From NCBI GenBank assembly GCA_973895155.1, contig OZ316896.1, forward strand, positions 2,108,001 to 2,172,000: a stretch of 64,000 bases of DNA, in the 5' to 3' direction. This DNA is from Marsupella aquatica. Taxonomy: Eukaryota; Plantae; Marchantiophyta. The notes under the pieces were generated by a model. It was not told where the DNA came from and made no database searches. It saw only the letters and a list, made by a program, of their open reading frames with translations. Numbering within the stretch: position 1 is the stretch's first letter; every line of letters begins with the position of its first letter. Of this stretch, positions 46,511 through 60,700 are shown piece by piece. A program made the position numbers and the translations under genes.

Positions 46511-46894
46511 AAAGTACTAAATCACACTTTGGGTGTGTGGCAACTTGTGGGGAGGATAATTGGCAAAAAGCTATGGTGCACGCGACCGAATCGCAGGTCA
46601 TGATTGCGCAACAACAATAGAAAAATGCTTTTCATGGTTGACACCCACCCTACGCCCCGAATCGAGAGGGAAAAGCAGACATCGAACAGGCACAGCGGAT
46701 CTCGCAGTCTGGTCCCGAGATCATGCAGCTCTGCAGCAGACTCTGGAGCAAATCGGCATCTTGCAGGGCGACTGGCATGGCGGAGAATTATCACCAGATT
46801 CGATCTGTGGAGATATGGTAGCAGACTGTCTCCTCGCTGCAGCACTTAGTTGCTGTACTGCCGTTCTGAATCGATTGTGACCTTGCTGATGCAA

Positions 46895-47215
46895 GCCGTT
46901 GCAGGGGAGGTGAGAATCGAGGGAGGAGGCTTGGTCTCCGATCAGAACTGCAGTTTCTGGATCGACTGCAATGACGGTTTGGTGCTGCGGCTGTGTGGCA
47001 ATTCGTTGTAGGGGAGGTGAGAATTGAGGGAGGAGGCTTTGAGAGAGAAACGATCTCTGATGAGAAGAAGTGCCGTTCTGGATCGATTGGAATGAAGTTT
47101 GCTGCTGCTGTGGCAATCCTTTGAAGGGGAGGTGAGAATTGAGGGAGGAGGCGTCAAGAGAACACGACCTCTGATCAGAAGACAGGCGTCAAGAGAACAC
47201 GATCTCTGATCAGAA
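46895..47215. repeat. ~110-bp degenerate repeat x3 in the putative 5'UTR/promoter of GT47
   Basis: AGGGGAGGTGAGAAT.GAGGGAGGAGGC at ~46903, ~47010, ~47126. Confidence 0.8.
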
Positions 47216-47308
47216 GCCAACACCAAGTCGGAGACTCGGAGTCTCGTCCAGAATTATAGCGCAGAGAGAGACTGCAGGTGGAGGAGGAGGACGACGACGA
47301 CGACGACG

Positions 47309-48631
47309 ATGGGGGAAGAGGCAAGGGCGACGGGGTTGCTAGGTCTCACGCTAAGGCAGGCCGTGGTGTTAGCTGTGATAGCCTATGCTCTCATCACCGG
47401 GCTCTTCATCGCGAAGAATTTCAGTTCTTCGTCGTCCTCGCCGGAGCCCCTCTCGAACACGAAGCTGGTGAGGAGTATCTCTGGCAAGGCGAACGCTGCG
47501 CTCTCCAACGACGAGGATGTGTTGGAAACGGCCCTTGATGCCGACGAGGAGGTGGATGCTGGCGCTGCCGAGACGGCGAAAAGTCTCTACCATTCTGCTG
47601 TCGTGTTTGGGCTCAACTACGAGGACATGATGGCCAAGTTCAAGATCTTCATCTATCCTGGGAGTGACCACTGCTTCAAGGCCTTGTCTGGAGAGACCAA
47701 GGCATCGGAGCTGATGGGCCAGACTGAGGAGTTCTTCATGCACCAGCTCTACCTGAGTGATTTTGTGACCCTGGATCCAGAGAAGGCGCACCTTCTGTTG
47801 CTCCCTGTTTCCATCCGAAGCCTGGTGGAGGATGGGCAAGTTGGCGCTGAGAAGCTGGGGAAGTGGCTGAGCAAGTATGTGCAGGGACTGAGGGATGATT
47901 ATCCATACTGGGCCAGGACTCTGGGAGCGGACCATGTGGTGGTCACCTGTAATGATCTTACGGGGGACGGGTCAAGGAACGTTCTGGAGCTCAACAAAAA
48001 CGCCATTCAGGTTGCGTGCTCTCCACTGGGAGGCAACGGAATGCAGGCCTTCTTCCCCCACAAGGACGTTGCTATGCCTCTGGTTCAAGCGAGCTCCCCA
48101 CGAGCAGCAGCTGAGGCGGATGGGAAGAGATCTACTCTGTTGTACTACCATGGAGACACTGATTCGGAGTCGTTGTATGGGGCTCTCGAGGTGTCATGGG
48201 AGAGCGATTCTCGGTTCAAATTTGAGGCCAAGGATGCGGACCCGGCCGTCCACTACCGAGCTCTGTCAACCAGCAAGTTCTGTCTGATTTTGGGCCCGCA
48301 GGACTACCCGGACATTGTGGGTGCTCTCAAACATGGTTGTGTGCCTGTGCTGGTCTCCGATGGCAAGCTATATGACCTGCCTTTCCAGGACATTCTCAAC
48401 TGGCACCAATTCACCATCATCCTCAGCGCCAAGAATGCGAAGAATGCGAAGAGCTTGTTGACAGAGGTGGATGAGAGACAGTATGCCACTAAGCAGTTCC
48501 TCGGGAAAGAGGCCACCAAGCACCTGGAGTGGCATGACCCGCCTGTAGAACGAGATGCATTCTACTTGGTTCTGTATGACCTCTGGATTCGTCGTCATGC
48601 AATTCGTTACGTGCGCAGAGAGGAGTTGTAA
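47309..48631 (+). CDS. Exostosin-family glycosyltransferase (GT47), intronless, 440 aa
   Basis: N-terminal TM anchor. Motifs NYEDMMAKFKIFIYP, VTLDPEKAHLLLLPVS, YPYWARTLGADHVVVTC, FFPHKDVAMP, SKFCL, GCVPVLVSD, LPFQDILNW, DAFYLVLYDLWIRR. Confidence 0.95.
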   Translation: MGEEARATGLLGLTLRQAVVLAVIAYALITGLFIAKNFSSSSSSPEPLSNTKLVRSISGKANAALSNDEDVLETALDADEEVDAGAAETAKSLYHSAVVFGLNYEDMMAKFKIFIYPGSDHCFKALSGETKASELMGQTEEFFMHQLYLSDFVTLDPEKAHLLLLPVSIRSLVEDGQVGAEKLGKWLSKYVQGLRDDYPYWARTLGADHVVVTCNDLTGDGSRNVLELNKNAIQVACSPLGGNGMQAFFPHKDVAMPLVQASSPRAAAEADGKRSTLLYYHGDTDSESLYGALEVSWESDSRFKFEAKDADPAVHYRALSTSKFCLILGPQDYPDIVGALKHGCVPVLVSDGKLYDLPFQDILNWHQFTIILSAKNAKNAKSLLTEVDERQYATKQFLGKEATKHLEWHDPPVERDAFYLVLYDLWIRRHAIRYVRREEL

Positions 48632-49422
48632 TTAGGAAACCTTACAGCCGGGAGATACTTTCTTTACAAGGAGCAAGCAAGAGAAACAAGTGAACGACAA
48701 TACTGGAAATTGAGGTGAGCTATTTTTTACTTGTTAGGAAACTGTATTCCCTTGAGATGGTTCGGTGAGCAAAAATTAGGACTGGAAATATTGTTTCCTC
48801 GGATCAATCTAGGATCCGAACTATGGTGTAAATGTCTTTCATCAAAGATTGTGTTTAAAATTGCCTTTAGGAGTTAGTAATATATAGATAGTCACCTGTT
48901 GTGGTAAACATTTCAATATTGTGTTTCTTCTCCTGCTTGCCGGCCGGCTAACTCTTGAGCAGACCGGAAGAGAAAGGCTGCTTTCTCTTGTGGTTCGATA
49001 GATTGTCGAAGATAGGAAAGTTTATCATGTATAATTAGTAGTGTGTAGAGTGACCAAGGAGTCCAGTTTCCTAACAAGTAAGAAACAGTTCAGCTTAGTG
49101 TGAATTTCTACGTTGTAATCACAGTTTTGGTGAGATTTTAACGAAAAGATGGACGTCTCAGTTCAACTTAGTGTACATTTCTAATTTGTCATCACAATTT
49201 GGTGAGCATCAATTGAAATAACGAACACATGGACATCTCTCGGATGTAGTAAGCATTTTGAGCCCGATCCACCTTCGTTGATATTCTTTTGTTCTGAACG
49301 CAGTCTTTTACCTCATCATCCCGAAGTTTCGGCAAAGTCTCTTTACTTGCAACACTTGGGACGGTTACATGAATCAGAATAAAGGAACCAGGCATTGGAC
49401 ATGAGAATGGGAATTATAGCTT

Positions 49423-49545
49423 GTGACGATTCCCAAGTCAGTTGGGTATTTCCAGGAATGATATAGTGAGCATGTGACTATTCCGAAGTCCGTTGGATAT
49501 TTCCAAGGAATATATAGAGAGGTTGTGACTATTCCTAAGTACGGT
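49423..49545. repeat. ~51-bp degenerate tandem repeat x2.5
   Basis: TGTGAC.ATTCC.AAGTC.GTTGG.TATTTCCA.G.A..TATAG repeated. Confidence 0.7.
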
Positions 49546-50487
49546 GGGTGTCTCAAAGCGAGTCTGTAAAGACCATTGTGAACGCTTGGATGTCATGACA
49601 CCATCATGGTGTGAGAGAGCAGACTTCAATCATCGTGTTATAATTTGAGATTTGAAGCTTAATTACTTGTTCGGGTATCTCACAAGGAACTCTCACCTCT
49701 CAATCAGAAAGCCCGCCAGAAGTTACAATGCTGCGTATCTGCAGCCATATTTGCATCGAATTTTAGAGTCCCACATCCACAAGACGTTCTCCCATCTAGC
49801 ACATGCAGGCAGATTACCTTGCAAGCAAACCTGCGGGCAAATCACTCGCGAGCCGCAAGTCTCTTCCTAGGATCCGAAAAGCAAATTAATCTTTTCCCGC
49901 CCCCTCACTCTTCATGCCTTGCAAATTGGGTACATGTAACCTGTAAGAAAAATGTCAGCCACATGGAATGGCCGGTGTCTGTCAACTGAATGCAACGAAA
50001 GGCCCATAGTATTTTGAGGATGGTCGGGAGGTCCCTCACTAGCTACCAAGACTGACTGGAATACATTGCTACTCAAAAGTTTCCAGTATAAGGTGAAACC
50101 CTTGAATCATGAGTTTGCTTATAATCTCTTTGTCCTACCCATCTCTTGCTTTCAAGGGGCTGAATCCTTCCTAGTAGGGTGGACGCATCACATGCATAAT
50201 TGTTCGCATCCACTAATACTACCTAGTGACCCCTTTCTACACATTCATTACGATCTGCAATGGGAACAAGTAGAAGTTGCCTCCAAACTCCTTCCAAGTT
50301 TGCCGTCGATACCATGCTTCATTTTCCATCTCATAGTGACCCCCGTGAAAAGGAAGACTCTAAAGGCCCAACCACAGTCATAGCTAAACACCAAATCTTC
50401 CCTGAGCAGGTTGCAAAGTGTCGATATTTCTACCAAAGATGAATGATACATCCAGTTGGTTTTAAAGAGTCTTAACGGAACATTTCA

Positions 50488-53400
50488 CTATCTTTTAAAT
50501 ATTTTGGAAAAAAACTTCGCCGGAGCAGACACAACCTGTTCTGCCATATCAAACATTTCAAGCAAATCTGAATTTGGATCCTTCAGTCCACCTCCCTTTA
50601 CAGGTATGCCCCTGATAGGCGCTAATCTATTTCGCAATGCTGCCATGGTACTAATTAATATTTTCTTCTCAGATAGTCGCAGTTCGGCAGCCACTTTCTC
50701 CTTGGGTGAACAATTCTGCCAGAAACAAAGAAAGGCAATGGTGACGAACAGAAGCTGAATAGCAATTCATGAGAGTCGTTCCTTCACACCGTCTCATATA
50801 CCATATAGAAAATATTAAACCACAGCGTACCTTATCATTTGCAATACGAGTCTCATCGTCGCTATTGCCACTGTAACCTTGGAGTCGAACTCGGCAATCA
50901 CCCATCAGTAGCATAAGTATTTCATACTCATTTGCCTGCATCCAAAATATCAATCAGACACAAGTCCTTGAACTGATATCGATGGCACCTTAGTCAAAAG
51001 TCTTCAACGGATTCGAAATTTCAATAAGATTTTCCTGCGGTCTTGGAAATCTCTTTGGAACACTGAAATAAAAGTGACTTGCATAATTCTTTCCGAGACG
51101 TCACACCACAGGTTTCCATATACCGTACAGTACATATATCAATTGCCTGAGTGTCAAACAAAATTCTTTGTAGCTATCTCAAATGATTATCACGGCAAAC
51201 TTTAGAAGGCCTGTACCATCATCAGTGCCACACTTTCGTCTTTCCCATCAACAGTAATCCTATGAGAAAAGAGCAGAGTTCTGATAACAACCTGGTCAAT
51301 GATGACATCCTGGTCGAACGTAATCTTGGCAAAGAGACCTACATCTGTCAACCTGCTTAATCTCATATACGTCAACAGCTGCAATTCACAAAAACCGAAT
51401 TCCATCAAATGGCTGTTCTCGCATGACCAAGAATGAGAATATTGCTCATATACAGCAACTCAATTCACAAGACCAATTAAAAGCCATCAAATGAAAGTGG
51501 GACCTCCTATTGCCCCGATCTAAGACACGCGGTGATTCGAACAAACAGTAAAGCTGGATGTATGGACTCTACTTCCATATTCCTTATTACCTGAGTTGGG
51601 AAACGATCTTCAAACAAAGGGAACATTTGGGGGCTGTCGAAACCAGCTTGCTCTATTATTTGTTGCTTTAAAACTTTCAATCGATCGACGGGAAGCAACT
51701 CAACCTGATTAACAATTACGGCAGTTAAATAGAAAATTGACAGACCGTGTACATTCACTCATTCACAAGATCAAAAAGTGGCATGGCAAGATAGAAGATT
51801 AGAACAAAAGAATGTAACGCAAACAAGCAAATCGTATGTAAGATATACCAAGCACGGTCAAAATTAATTGCATCGTAGTCATGATATTCTTGTGAATAAT
51901 CCGTGGCACGCTTTGGAGCAATTCAGCCGTTAACGGTTTCTGTGGCCATTGAACTTAAAAAATTTGCACCCAATCCTTTGAAAGACTTTAACTGAGCTAC
52001 TCCAAAAAGGTAGACGCTAAACCGTACCGGTGTTTCGATATAGTTATTTGCATTAGCCCGGTCAACAAAGCCATGACTGCCAACACAAACGAAGTTTAGT
52101 TTTCTATTGGAACGGAGCATTTTCAGTGCTGCGATGCTTAGAGTTGAGACCAAATACTCGGTCCAACAGTCCGCGTTTCAAATAACATGGTTACTGCATG
52201 CATCACTATTAGCTAAGACGATTCTCTTGTGCATCATTATCAGTCCTGTGTGGTATCCTGGGTCAAAGATCTTAATCCCAGCTACCTGATGAACCTTGTG
52301 CCCATTGAAATCACACCTAAATCCTACGAGTGCTTGTCAAAGATCAGTTTATTGCTGCTAAAATAAAGCATCCGCTGATTGCTCTCTTTCTTTTCAGAGT
52401 AGGATTGTAAAACTTATGGTGCATACGCACACAAACCATTTGTAATATATAACCTATTCTTTTCAAGTGCGTAGAGGAATAGAATTGCTACACACCTGAT
52501 TAGAAGGTCAGAGTTTGGACGATCCTGACCATAATTTACAAACACCTGCTGACCTTCTTTGTAGTTTCGGTCAACTTTCAAAACAACCTGCGAAGCAAAT
52601 TGTTACACATCAAGACTTTAAGTCCTTTCTCCAACTATCGAGAGCCTCTTAGAAACGAACAAAAGCCGGCTAATCACAACTTGCATCAAACCGCTACTTC
52701 AGCTCTAGTTAACCCAACTATCTGTTTCCCTGCACTTGGCTTTGAAAACGTAGAAATACCATCTTTCCACTAGTTTAGCTCTAATTACCCCAACTTTCTT
52801 TTTCCCTGAACTTGGCTTGAATATTAGGACTGCCATAGTTCTTGATATGGCTCTTTGACTCTTGTACCCACACTTTCAACTCGATCATGTTTCCGCAATA
52901 AAGGCAATATACTCAATGCAATTAACAAAAGCAGTGAGGTTGCATCGAGCTCATTACTGATTGCTCAGCTGTACTGTAGTCCAGGTAAGCCACAACTTCC
53001 CCTCTGTGGTTGACGCAATCCCCGTATGGAACCTGAGTCACAAGAAAACCAAATCCTTAATTAATCAAAACAGTCCAGGGTACTCAGATCTAAGATCGCT
53101 AAAGATAACCAAAACAGAACGAAGAAAAAACGAGTCTGCAGATCCCCAAGTACCATTGGTCCAATGAAAACTACAACCACTACGATTTGGTAGGATTATG
53201 GGAGTAGGTGAACTTCTCACGAGAGCAAAGACTTCAGCAGATGGTAGATAAAAGGCACGCGACATGATCACTGCGAATGCATTCTTGAACCCAGGTAACG
53301 AAAATGCATCTGCCGGAAATGCCTGTCCAAAATAAGATCAAATCGTTGTTATCCTGATCCCTCGTGTTTCCAAGGACTCCACGCTCAAGTAGTACAGTCT

Positions 53401-55977
53401 AACGTCTGTAAGAACAGCTTTCTCGATTTCCAAAAGGACACAAGGTGCAAGAAGCTTTACAATTATAAGGCGACCACTAGTCTTTTCACACAAATAGCAG
53501 ACCGAAGACCACTAGGCAAAGGCAACCCCTTCAACAATATGAAGGGGGAGCAAGGACATTCTCAGAACACAGGAAGGACAAAATAGATACTGCTTCATGA
53601 ATGGATGTGAACAAAAAATGATTTTGTACCTGAGGATCTTTATCAAAGTAAGATGTCTTTAATTCCTCGTATTCTCCCTCCAAAGCAGCAATGCGCTGCT
53701 TGGTCTCCTCTGAATTTGCACAAGACAGATATCAAAACGGACAGAATGACTATAGCTAGTTAACATGCCATGGTTCACACTCCGCAACAAGGCAAAGGCA
53801 GGGCAGGTCAACTCAGTGCATTGTCTCGTCTTTTAATGCAAAAGTACAAAAATTCTTACCCAAAACAGACGAACCCATAAGTTGTTCATCTAATTCAGCA
53901 TCAGTCCACAGTAAAGGGCTCAACGTTGCGGTAGGAAAGAGCCGGAGAAATGGGTACCAAGAAGATGCTTCCCCTTGTGCTCTCTCATAGATTAGCCACA
54001 AAGTTAGCCCTATAAGATCCCCCCTCCCTACACGCATACAACCAGAACGGAGGAACATAGGGATCAAAGTCCGTTTTAGCGAACAATTAGTATAACGCTC
54101 TCCACAGGTAAATTCAACAGGGCAAATGAAGTTGGTAACCCACCTGAAGCAGCACTCGAAATCACTGGGTGACTGCTGACGTCCAAAGCAGTGACACAAT
54201 ACTTTTCTGGAACCACGAGAGCATTTTCACCCGCCTGCTCTGCAAGGTTTACGCAAAATCAGTCGAAGACAGTCTTGACAGGCATATGGAAAAGAAATTA
54301 ATTATGGCTGCGCATTAATCCAACTTATTTTCAAGTAATACCGAAATACCAAGCCAAATAAGCACCTGGGCTCAGAGGAAACAAAACACTGCATGTAAGG
54401 GGGATAATAGTTATATCTGAGCACACAAAGAGAAACCCTACCATCAACGAACAGTCAAAATCTACAAGTCTGAAGAGAAAAAGGAAGAAGTAAACAAACG
54501 AGAGATTTATTAGGTTAAACAGTAAGAAATGTCGCCATTCTTCTTTCCTTCTTAACAACCTATGATCGGACCAACTGTGTTACTGAATCGTAGTGGGCTA
54601 TATAAGTTGCTGCAATCTCACTGCAGCGAAAATGGAATAATTTTAGCTCAGTGCCCTTAAGAAATAAAGAGAACATCTAATCTGATAAGTAACCAGAGAA
54701 TGGGATACGCAAAGCGTTTTGGGGTCGATTCATGATACAGACAAGCTCTGGCTTGGAAAGTTAGGTGCACAAACCTGCAAAGGACGCGAAGCTACTAACC
54801 CGAGGCCTTCCCCTTGGAACATCTTCAGTGTCACAGCCTGTAATGGACGGCCAAAATCAGGGCATGAATTGATCTGCTATTGGTTGCAGTACCAAACTGT
54901 AAAAATGAATGAAGTGAACAAGAAACACAGACGAACCGATACAAAAATCTTGAACTTTGTATGGACCGGACGGCACTACACAACAAAGCAGACAAATTGG
55001 ACAAGATACGACTATTAAAAAATTAAATTCATCAGCGTCTGTTTCGGATGTACTCGATTCAGCATTTGGGCCCCCATTCAAATTCAGTTAACAAAAAACT
55101 CTTCTTTGCTGGGACAGTGATGAGACTTGGCGACGAGAGATACACGCAGATTCCGCCACTGTCGTCAATGTGCAAAATTCGGGAAACAAAAATCTTTAAA
55201 GCACTAGAGGGCTGGCCAATGTACATTATCTTGGCTGCTGAAGCTAGAGAACCACGATGAATGGCAAAGAGTTATTCACTGTGAATCGGACGAATTGAGA
55301 TCAGCATCCCCCAAACCCTACCATAACTTTAGACTTAGCAAGTTGAGCTAATTGGGTTTAATGTTGGCCCAAAGCGGGGTAGAGCAACACCTCAAAACAC
55401 AGTATGATTCCCCTTCCAAGCATCAGATTTGTAGTTTAAATCTACAAAAGTTAAAGTAGAACAGATTATCGAGCCATCCAGTCTCAAACACAATAAATCG
55501 TTGAATTGGTCCCTTCACCAAGTTTACCTGCTCTGGGAAGCCCTGGGCCTTAATCCAGGCCGAAAACTCTTCTGCAGCCGCAGCTCTCTCGTCAGAAGCA
55601 GCAGCCCGGCAAGTGGGAACCCTTCTTTCGTCTCCTCGGCTGCTCTTCGTAGCAGTCCTGCCATTCTTGTGACATCTACTCCTCCCCAATAGCCCATCTC
55701 GACAGCTAAAGCCGTATCCGATACCAGACTTCACAATTTGTTTTCCTCCTTGCTGACTTCGTAGACGGTAATGTGAAGACACAACGAGGCCATGACAGCT
55801 GCGGCCATCCTCCGAGCTGGGTTTCGCAACGACGTTGACGGAGCTAATTTTCAAGCTCAAAGCCGAGGCTGGAGCGGCCCCCACCCTCTTCCTTCCCAAG
55901 AAGGATGGGGAGGAGGAGCAGGAGGAGGTCGTCACCCCTATGCTGGGACGCAGCAGCAGCACGTTTCTACTATCCAT
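50488..55977 (-). CDS. Plastid SET-domain protein lysine methyltransferase, Rubisco LSMT-like, 13 exons, ~567 aa
   Basis: Exons 55528-55977, 54775-54837, 54144-54234, 53860-54027, 53630-53709, 53221-53322, 52958-53032, 52496-52587, 52028-52076, 51591-51704, 51292-51378, 50831-50935, 50488-50715. All introns GT-AG, total 1704 nt in frame. Transit peptide, EGLGLVASRPLQAGE, SSWYPFL, SPLLWTDAEL, AVIMSRAF, LVPYGDCVNH, QVFVNYG, then a Rubisco-substrate-binding-type C-terminal domain. Confidence 0.93.
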
Positions 55978-56246
55978 CTCTCCTCTCCTCTCCTCTCCTC
56001 TCCTCCAACCACACTACTGTTCTATCCGGCAAACACTATCAGTTTCTCTCCCTGCATGGACGGATGGATAGAGACTCGAACCACTCGAACAAAGGGAAAT
56101 TCACCCTATTTTACCCTCCACTACAACAACTTTTCCAATCTTCCGCTCATTCAACCCAATTCAAGTCTGAATGCCCGCCATTTACCCCCTATCGGCTCGA
56201 CTGTGCATGGCCTTAGACAGACATGCTCAGCTAGGATTCGACTCTA

Positions 56247-56289
56247 TTCAATTCAGTTCAGTTCAGTTCAGTTCAGTTCAGTTCAGTTC
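56247..56289. repeat. (TTCAG)n microsatellite
   Basis: About 7-8 TTCAG units upstream of the SET-domain gene. A (CTCTC)n tract abuts its ATG at 55978-56004. Confidence 0.9.
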
Positions 56290-57519
56290 CTCAGGTCCAG
56301 GACTCGAGCTTCTCTCCACAATCCGCATCACCTACTGTATAGCTTGTGGGTGCTGGGTGAAACCGAAAATCAAGTAAAGTGGCGCACAATGTTCAACCTG
56401 GACGACAAAAGTGGTCTACAGAGGTGCTGTGCAGAGGAAAAATGCCTCAAAGCCTGTGGACTACAGTGGCAGAGCACCCAATTCCGGGAGCCCATTGGAC
56501 ACCATTGGACACCGCGCGATTCGGGTACCAGATGGACAGAGGGGAACGCAATGCCTTTTGGATAAGACAGTCCCCCACTTGCCTTGGGTGGGACTTGGGC
56601 TTCTGCTGCCTGCTGCCATGCAGTGCTCTGTTGAGACTGTTGCTAATCATTACAAATTCCAGGAGGGTCTGAGCAAATAATTGATTCATGGCAGAGTGTT
56701 TTCACCGTCCATGTTCAATGCCCACAGCCCCCCCATCCCAGCCCCCTGCCTGCCCCAGGGTGATTGAGGCACCAAGACCCTACCTTCTTCCCCCAAAACA
56801 GAGCGCCATGGCACTCTATTTTGAATAGTGGGCTATTTTGACTAGTGGGCCATGGGGTGCTGCATTCCAATAGTGCACCCCAGGTGTTGCACTTCAGTTT
56901 TTATTATCAGTTTTCATGTTGTGTTGCGCTTCAGTTTTTATTATGACTTTTCATGTTTTTGTACTTGCACTGCCATGTTGTATTTGAGTTTTGAATATCC
57001 ATTTTCATGTTCATGTATCTGCACGACGCTGTGTTTGTAAACGAGCAATTGTTCATATATTCACTTTTTTTAATATTGGCATTGTCATATTCATAATTTT
57101 GTACCTTTTTTACTCAGTGTAGAACAGGTTAGGGTCAAACATCAAACAGAATGTCCAACTCAAACAAAAGGCATGGGCATTGTGTTAAATAGATGGTGTT
57201 TTTTAGTTCAAATGTCCCAAAGAAATTCATTTTTTAACACAAGGCCATGACTAAGTTCTGGAGAAGGCGGTAGCATTAGAACACTAGCAGCTTTCAAATA
57301 GATATTAATACTTGCCAAGTACTTCTTCATCTTACTAATACATTTGTAGGCCAACTCACTTATGCAGGATCACATTTCCACTTATGTCACTTATTATCTA
57401 CAATACTTTGCAACTCAGGGGGGTGGGCTAGTGACACATAAAATGTCAAGACAAAATCAATATCAAGTGATGTTGAGTGGATAGTGAGTGATGTGGAGTG
57501 GAAGTGTTGCCGAGCATAA

Positions 57520-57700
57520 GTGTGTTGGCCAGGCAGTGGGACATTGCGGGGAGTCGGCAAGTCAGCCTGGCAGCTGAATTTTTAAGGAGTTTGTGGGCTA
57601 CAGGGGGGGAGTGACAGGTTGGGACGGAAAATGTGCACAGTGGCACCTTCAGGCCCATCTCAGGGTTAGGAAAAAACTGTCACCATAATCTAACGATCAG
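57520..57700. repeat. Second copy of the 22960-23510 repeat family
   Basis: GTGGGAC...ACAGTGGCACCTTCAGGCCCATCTCAGGGTTAGGAAAAAA..GTCACCATAATC. Confidence 0.55.
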
Positions 57701-60700
57701 GGAGGCTTCCTCTTGGAATGACATTTAGTAATAGATATTGAGAAAACAGAAGCAGGATTACATACTATTGTATTTAGCAGGCTGACAGAATTCCTATGGA
57801 GGGGGGAGTTTGTACTGACTTATGGACAATAATTTGTGAGAGGGAGAACTTACTACTTTCCATCCATTCCTGGGTACCCTGGTAAACTACCACTTGCAAA
57901 ACCATTATTTGCATAGTACTACTTATTACTAGTTTTCATCTCTTTGGCATCAAAATACTTGGGGGAGGTGAGAGGGGGTTGTCATGTCAAGGATTGCCTC
58001 GTAGGCTGATGAGAATAGCCCTTACAGTTTGGGACACTATGGGTACATTTGTGGGCCCCAATTGAGGCATCCAGCTTGGTGGTTCTAGCCTCTACAAGCA
58101 TCACTCCATTCATCCTTGAGCTTTCAACAGGGCATAGCTTGAGAGTGACTAGAGGGAGGGCCAAAAGACCTGTACCCTAGTTAAGTCATAAATGCCCACC
58201 TTGCACCAATCCCATGCCAATGGTGGCATACCAGGTTTGCAAGCACAAAGCACCCCAACAGAGAAAGAGCAGTGTTTTTCACATAAAAAACAGCCTTTGA
58301 GTAGATAGGGGGACACTGCAACAAGTAAGCTTAGGAATTTGTAAGGAGACCATCTATGTCACACATCAAATAAGGAACCAGGTTTGTGACCAAAGAGCAC
58401 TCTCAGGTGCTGGGTAGTTTAATCAGTTCTAGTGATCATTGAAGTGCTGGGTAGTTGTTTACACCTGTGTGTTTTATCGTTCCAGTTTGGAGCGCGTGCA
58501 GGGCTGGGTGGTGTGGTGACTTTGCCTTTTTAAAATTTATTTCTTTGGATCCTGCCCTGTTAAATGGCTCCATTCATTTTTTCTTCGTTTATAAATGTAA
58601 CCAAACCTTGCCAAGACATCTGCCCAGATGCAAGGCCATTCTGCTTAGGTTTGGTTCCCCTTTCCTTTCTTCATAGAAAAATGCAAGAAAGAGGCCTTAA
58701 TTGTAAATGGACCAATGTGTTCACCAGGAGGTAGACATCCAGGAGTTGTCCTAACTTTAGTCTACCTCCTTCTATAACAAATATGTCACATTGTGTGACT
58801 ACAATATCCTCAGTCTCCATCTTGATGGTACATGTTTGAGATACAGAGTGTTCATTATTTTCTTGGGAAACTTTAGCTTCTTCTTTCTATTCCATAAATA
58901 CCCCTGGATGGTGGAAGCCAAAAGGCCCAAGAGCTCATCCAGGCCATAGAGCATGGAAACAAAGAAGCCACCGCCCCATGAAGCCAAAGAGAGAAACACA
59001 GATTACTGCCTAAACTACTCCTAACCTACCTCCTAAAGCAACCAACAGCCTTCCAGAAAGGGCAAAGAAGCCCACAGAAGCCCCCAAAGAGCCTTCATTC
59101 TTACTATCCTAGCATAGAGAAGATACAAGTGCAAAAATTTTAGTCAAGTAGACAACAACAAAACTATTTGGAGTTGACAGTCTCTGGTTCAGATATTGTT
59201 GTATGGCCCGAAGTGGCTTATCTGTAGGTGATGGTAACATGAGTAAAATTTCAACTTAAATATAATTACTGAGGTTTTCCCTCTACTGAAAGCAAACCAA
59301 AAGAGTACTTCCTTGTCAACATGTGGTTTGTGATAGCAGTACTGTATGGGCTTTTGGATGGATTACTACAGTACACCTCACGGGGAGAGGTGAAACCCTT
59401 GTTGTTAAGACTTAAAGTTAATTAATAAGATGTCAATCAAGGGAGCCATCTGTTCCAAATATTTATAAATTGATATAAATGTGAAAAGACAAAGAAAGGT
59501 CAGGATTTGGCCATCGACAGCAGGGTGAGAGGTAGGGTGAGCCGGTGAGGGGTGAGATCTTCAAGCCTTTTGACCAAGTACATGGAATGACGTGTTTGGT
59601 CAAGCATGGGTTGTTATGTGGGTTGCCAGTTTTTGAAGCCAGAAACTAGCCAGATTTTGTGTCAGAGAAGTATTTATTTATTGTGCTAGACACTATGCAT
59701 AAGTCATGTTCACAGGCTTATTATTGCAGCAGTGAACTCATCCGTTTGTACCATAAGGTCTCCAGTTTGTGTCTGTTGCCCAAAAGCCAGCTGTGTGTGG
59801 GGCTAGTGGGGTTCTCACAAGGTGTCTTGGATCCAGCAAAGGGGGTGGGTGGGAGGGGGGGGGGGGGGGGGGTGGAAGGAGACCCTCAGTGAGTCAGTAC
59901 ACCCCAACACGAGGTTCCATGGACCAATATCTAGTAGTGGCAGTCTGACACTCCCATTCCCTGTGGCGTGAGCTGGTTCTACGGCACGTCAATTGCTTTT
60001 TGCCCAAGAGAGCTTGGCTGCTCAATTGGCTTGACATGGCAACACGCCTCACAAGCCTGCTTTTGCTTTGTGGTTTAGATTATATATATCACAGATTGGT
60101 ACTTTCTTTCTTTCTTTCCTTTTATTTTATTTCAAATTTCTTTAAATGGGAAATCCATAAAACCCCGTGGAAAAGGGAGGCAACATAAGTCAGTTACAAA
60201 ATTTGAACCTAAAACCTATGAGTTCCTACTCAAGTGAGCTACCACATAGCCAGGCCCACTTTTTCCACACCCAACCTATCACTCTCCCCCAAGCTTGCCA
60301 ACTCCTCAAAATCCAGTTTCCAGACCAACTTGCTAATTACTTGCAACGTCCTACTCCAGGGCCATCTCACTTATGCTCAATATCACTTACTATTGACAAT
60401 ATTGTGCAACATAGTGGCATTGGGTTACTGCTCCCTATTAATTAACACAAATATTCAAGAAAAAATCAAGAGGGGGTTTAAGGCAAGAAATGCTACTACA
60501 AATGATAACAAGGAGGTGATTCACAACAACAATGGCGGCGGCAAGGAGGGCCGCAGGAAGAGTGGCTAATACTGGTGAGCACTAACAGAGGGATTTATGT
60601 TACATATTTCAAACTGCCAAAAAAACAAAATGCGCCCAACCAGAAAATACAATCACTCAGGTGAAACATCCGTTCATGGGGGGGCGCGAAGGGGGGGGGG

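Noticed and set aside
55792-56565. 257-aa + strand ORF
   Set aside because: Antisense to exon 1 and the leader of the SET gene. It reads through microsatellites (SSVQF, LSSP) and has no domain.
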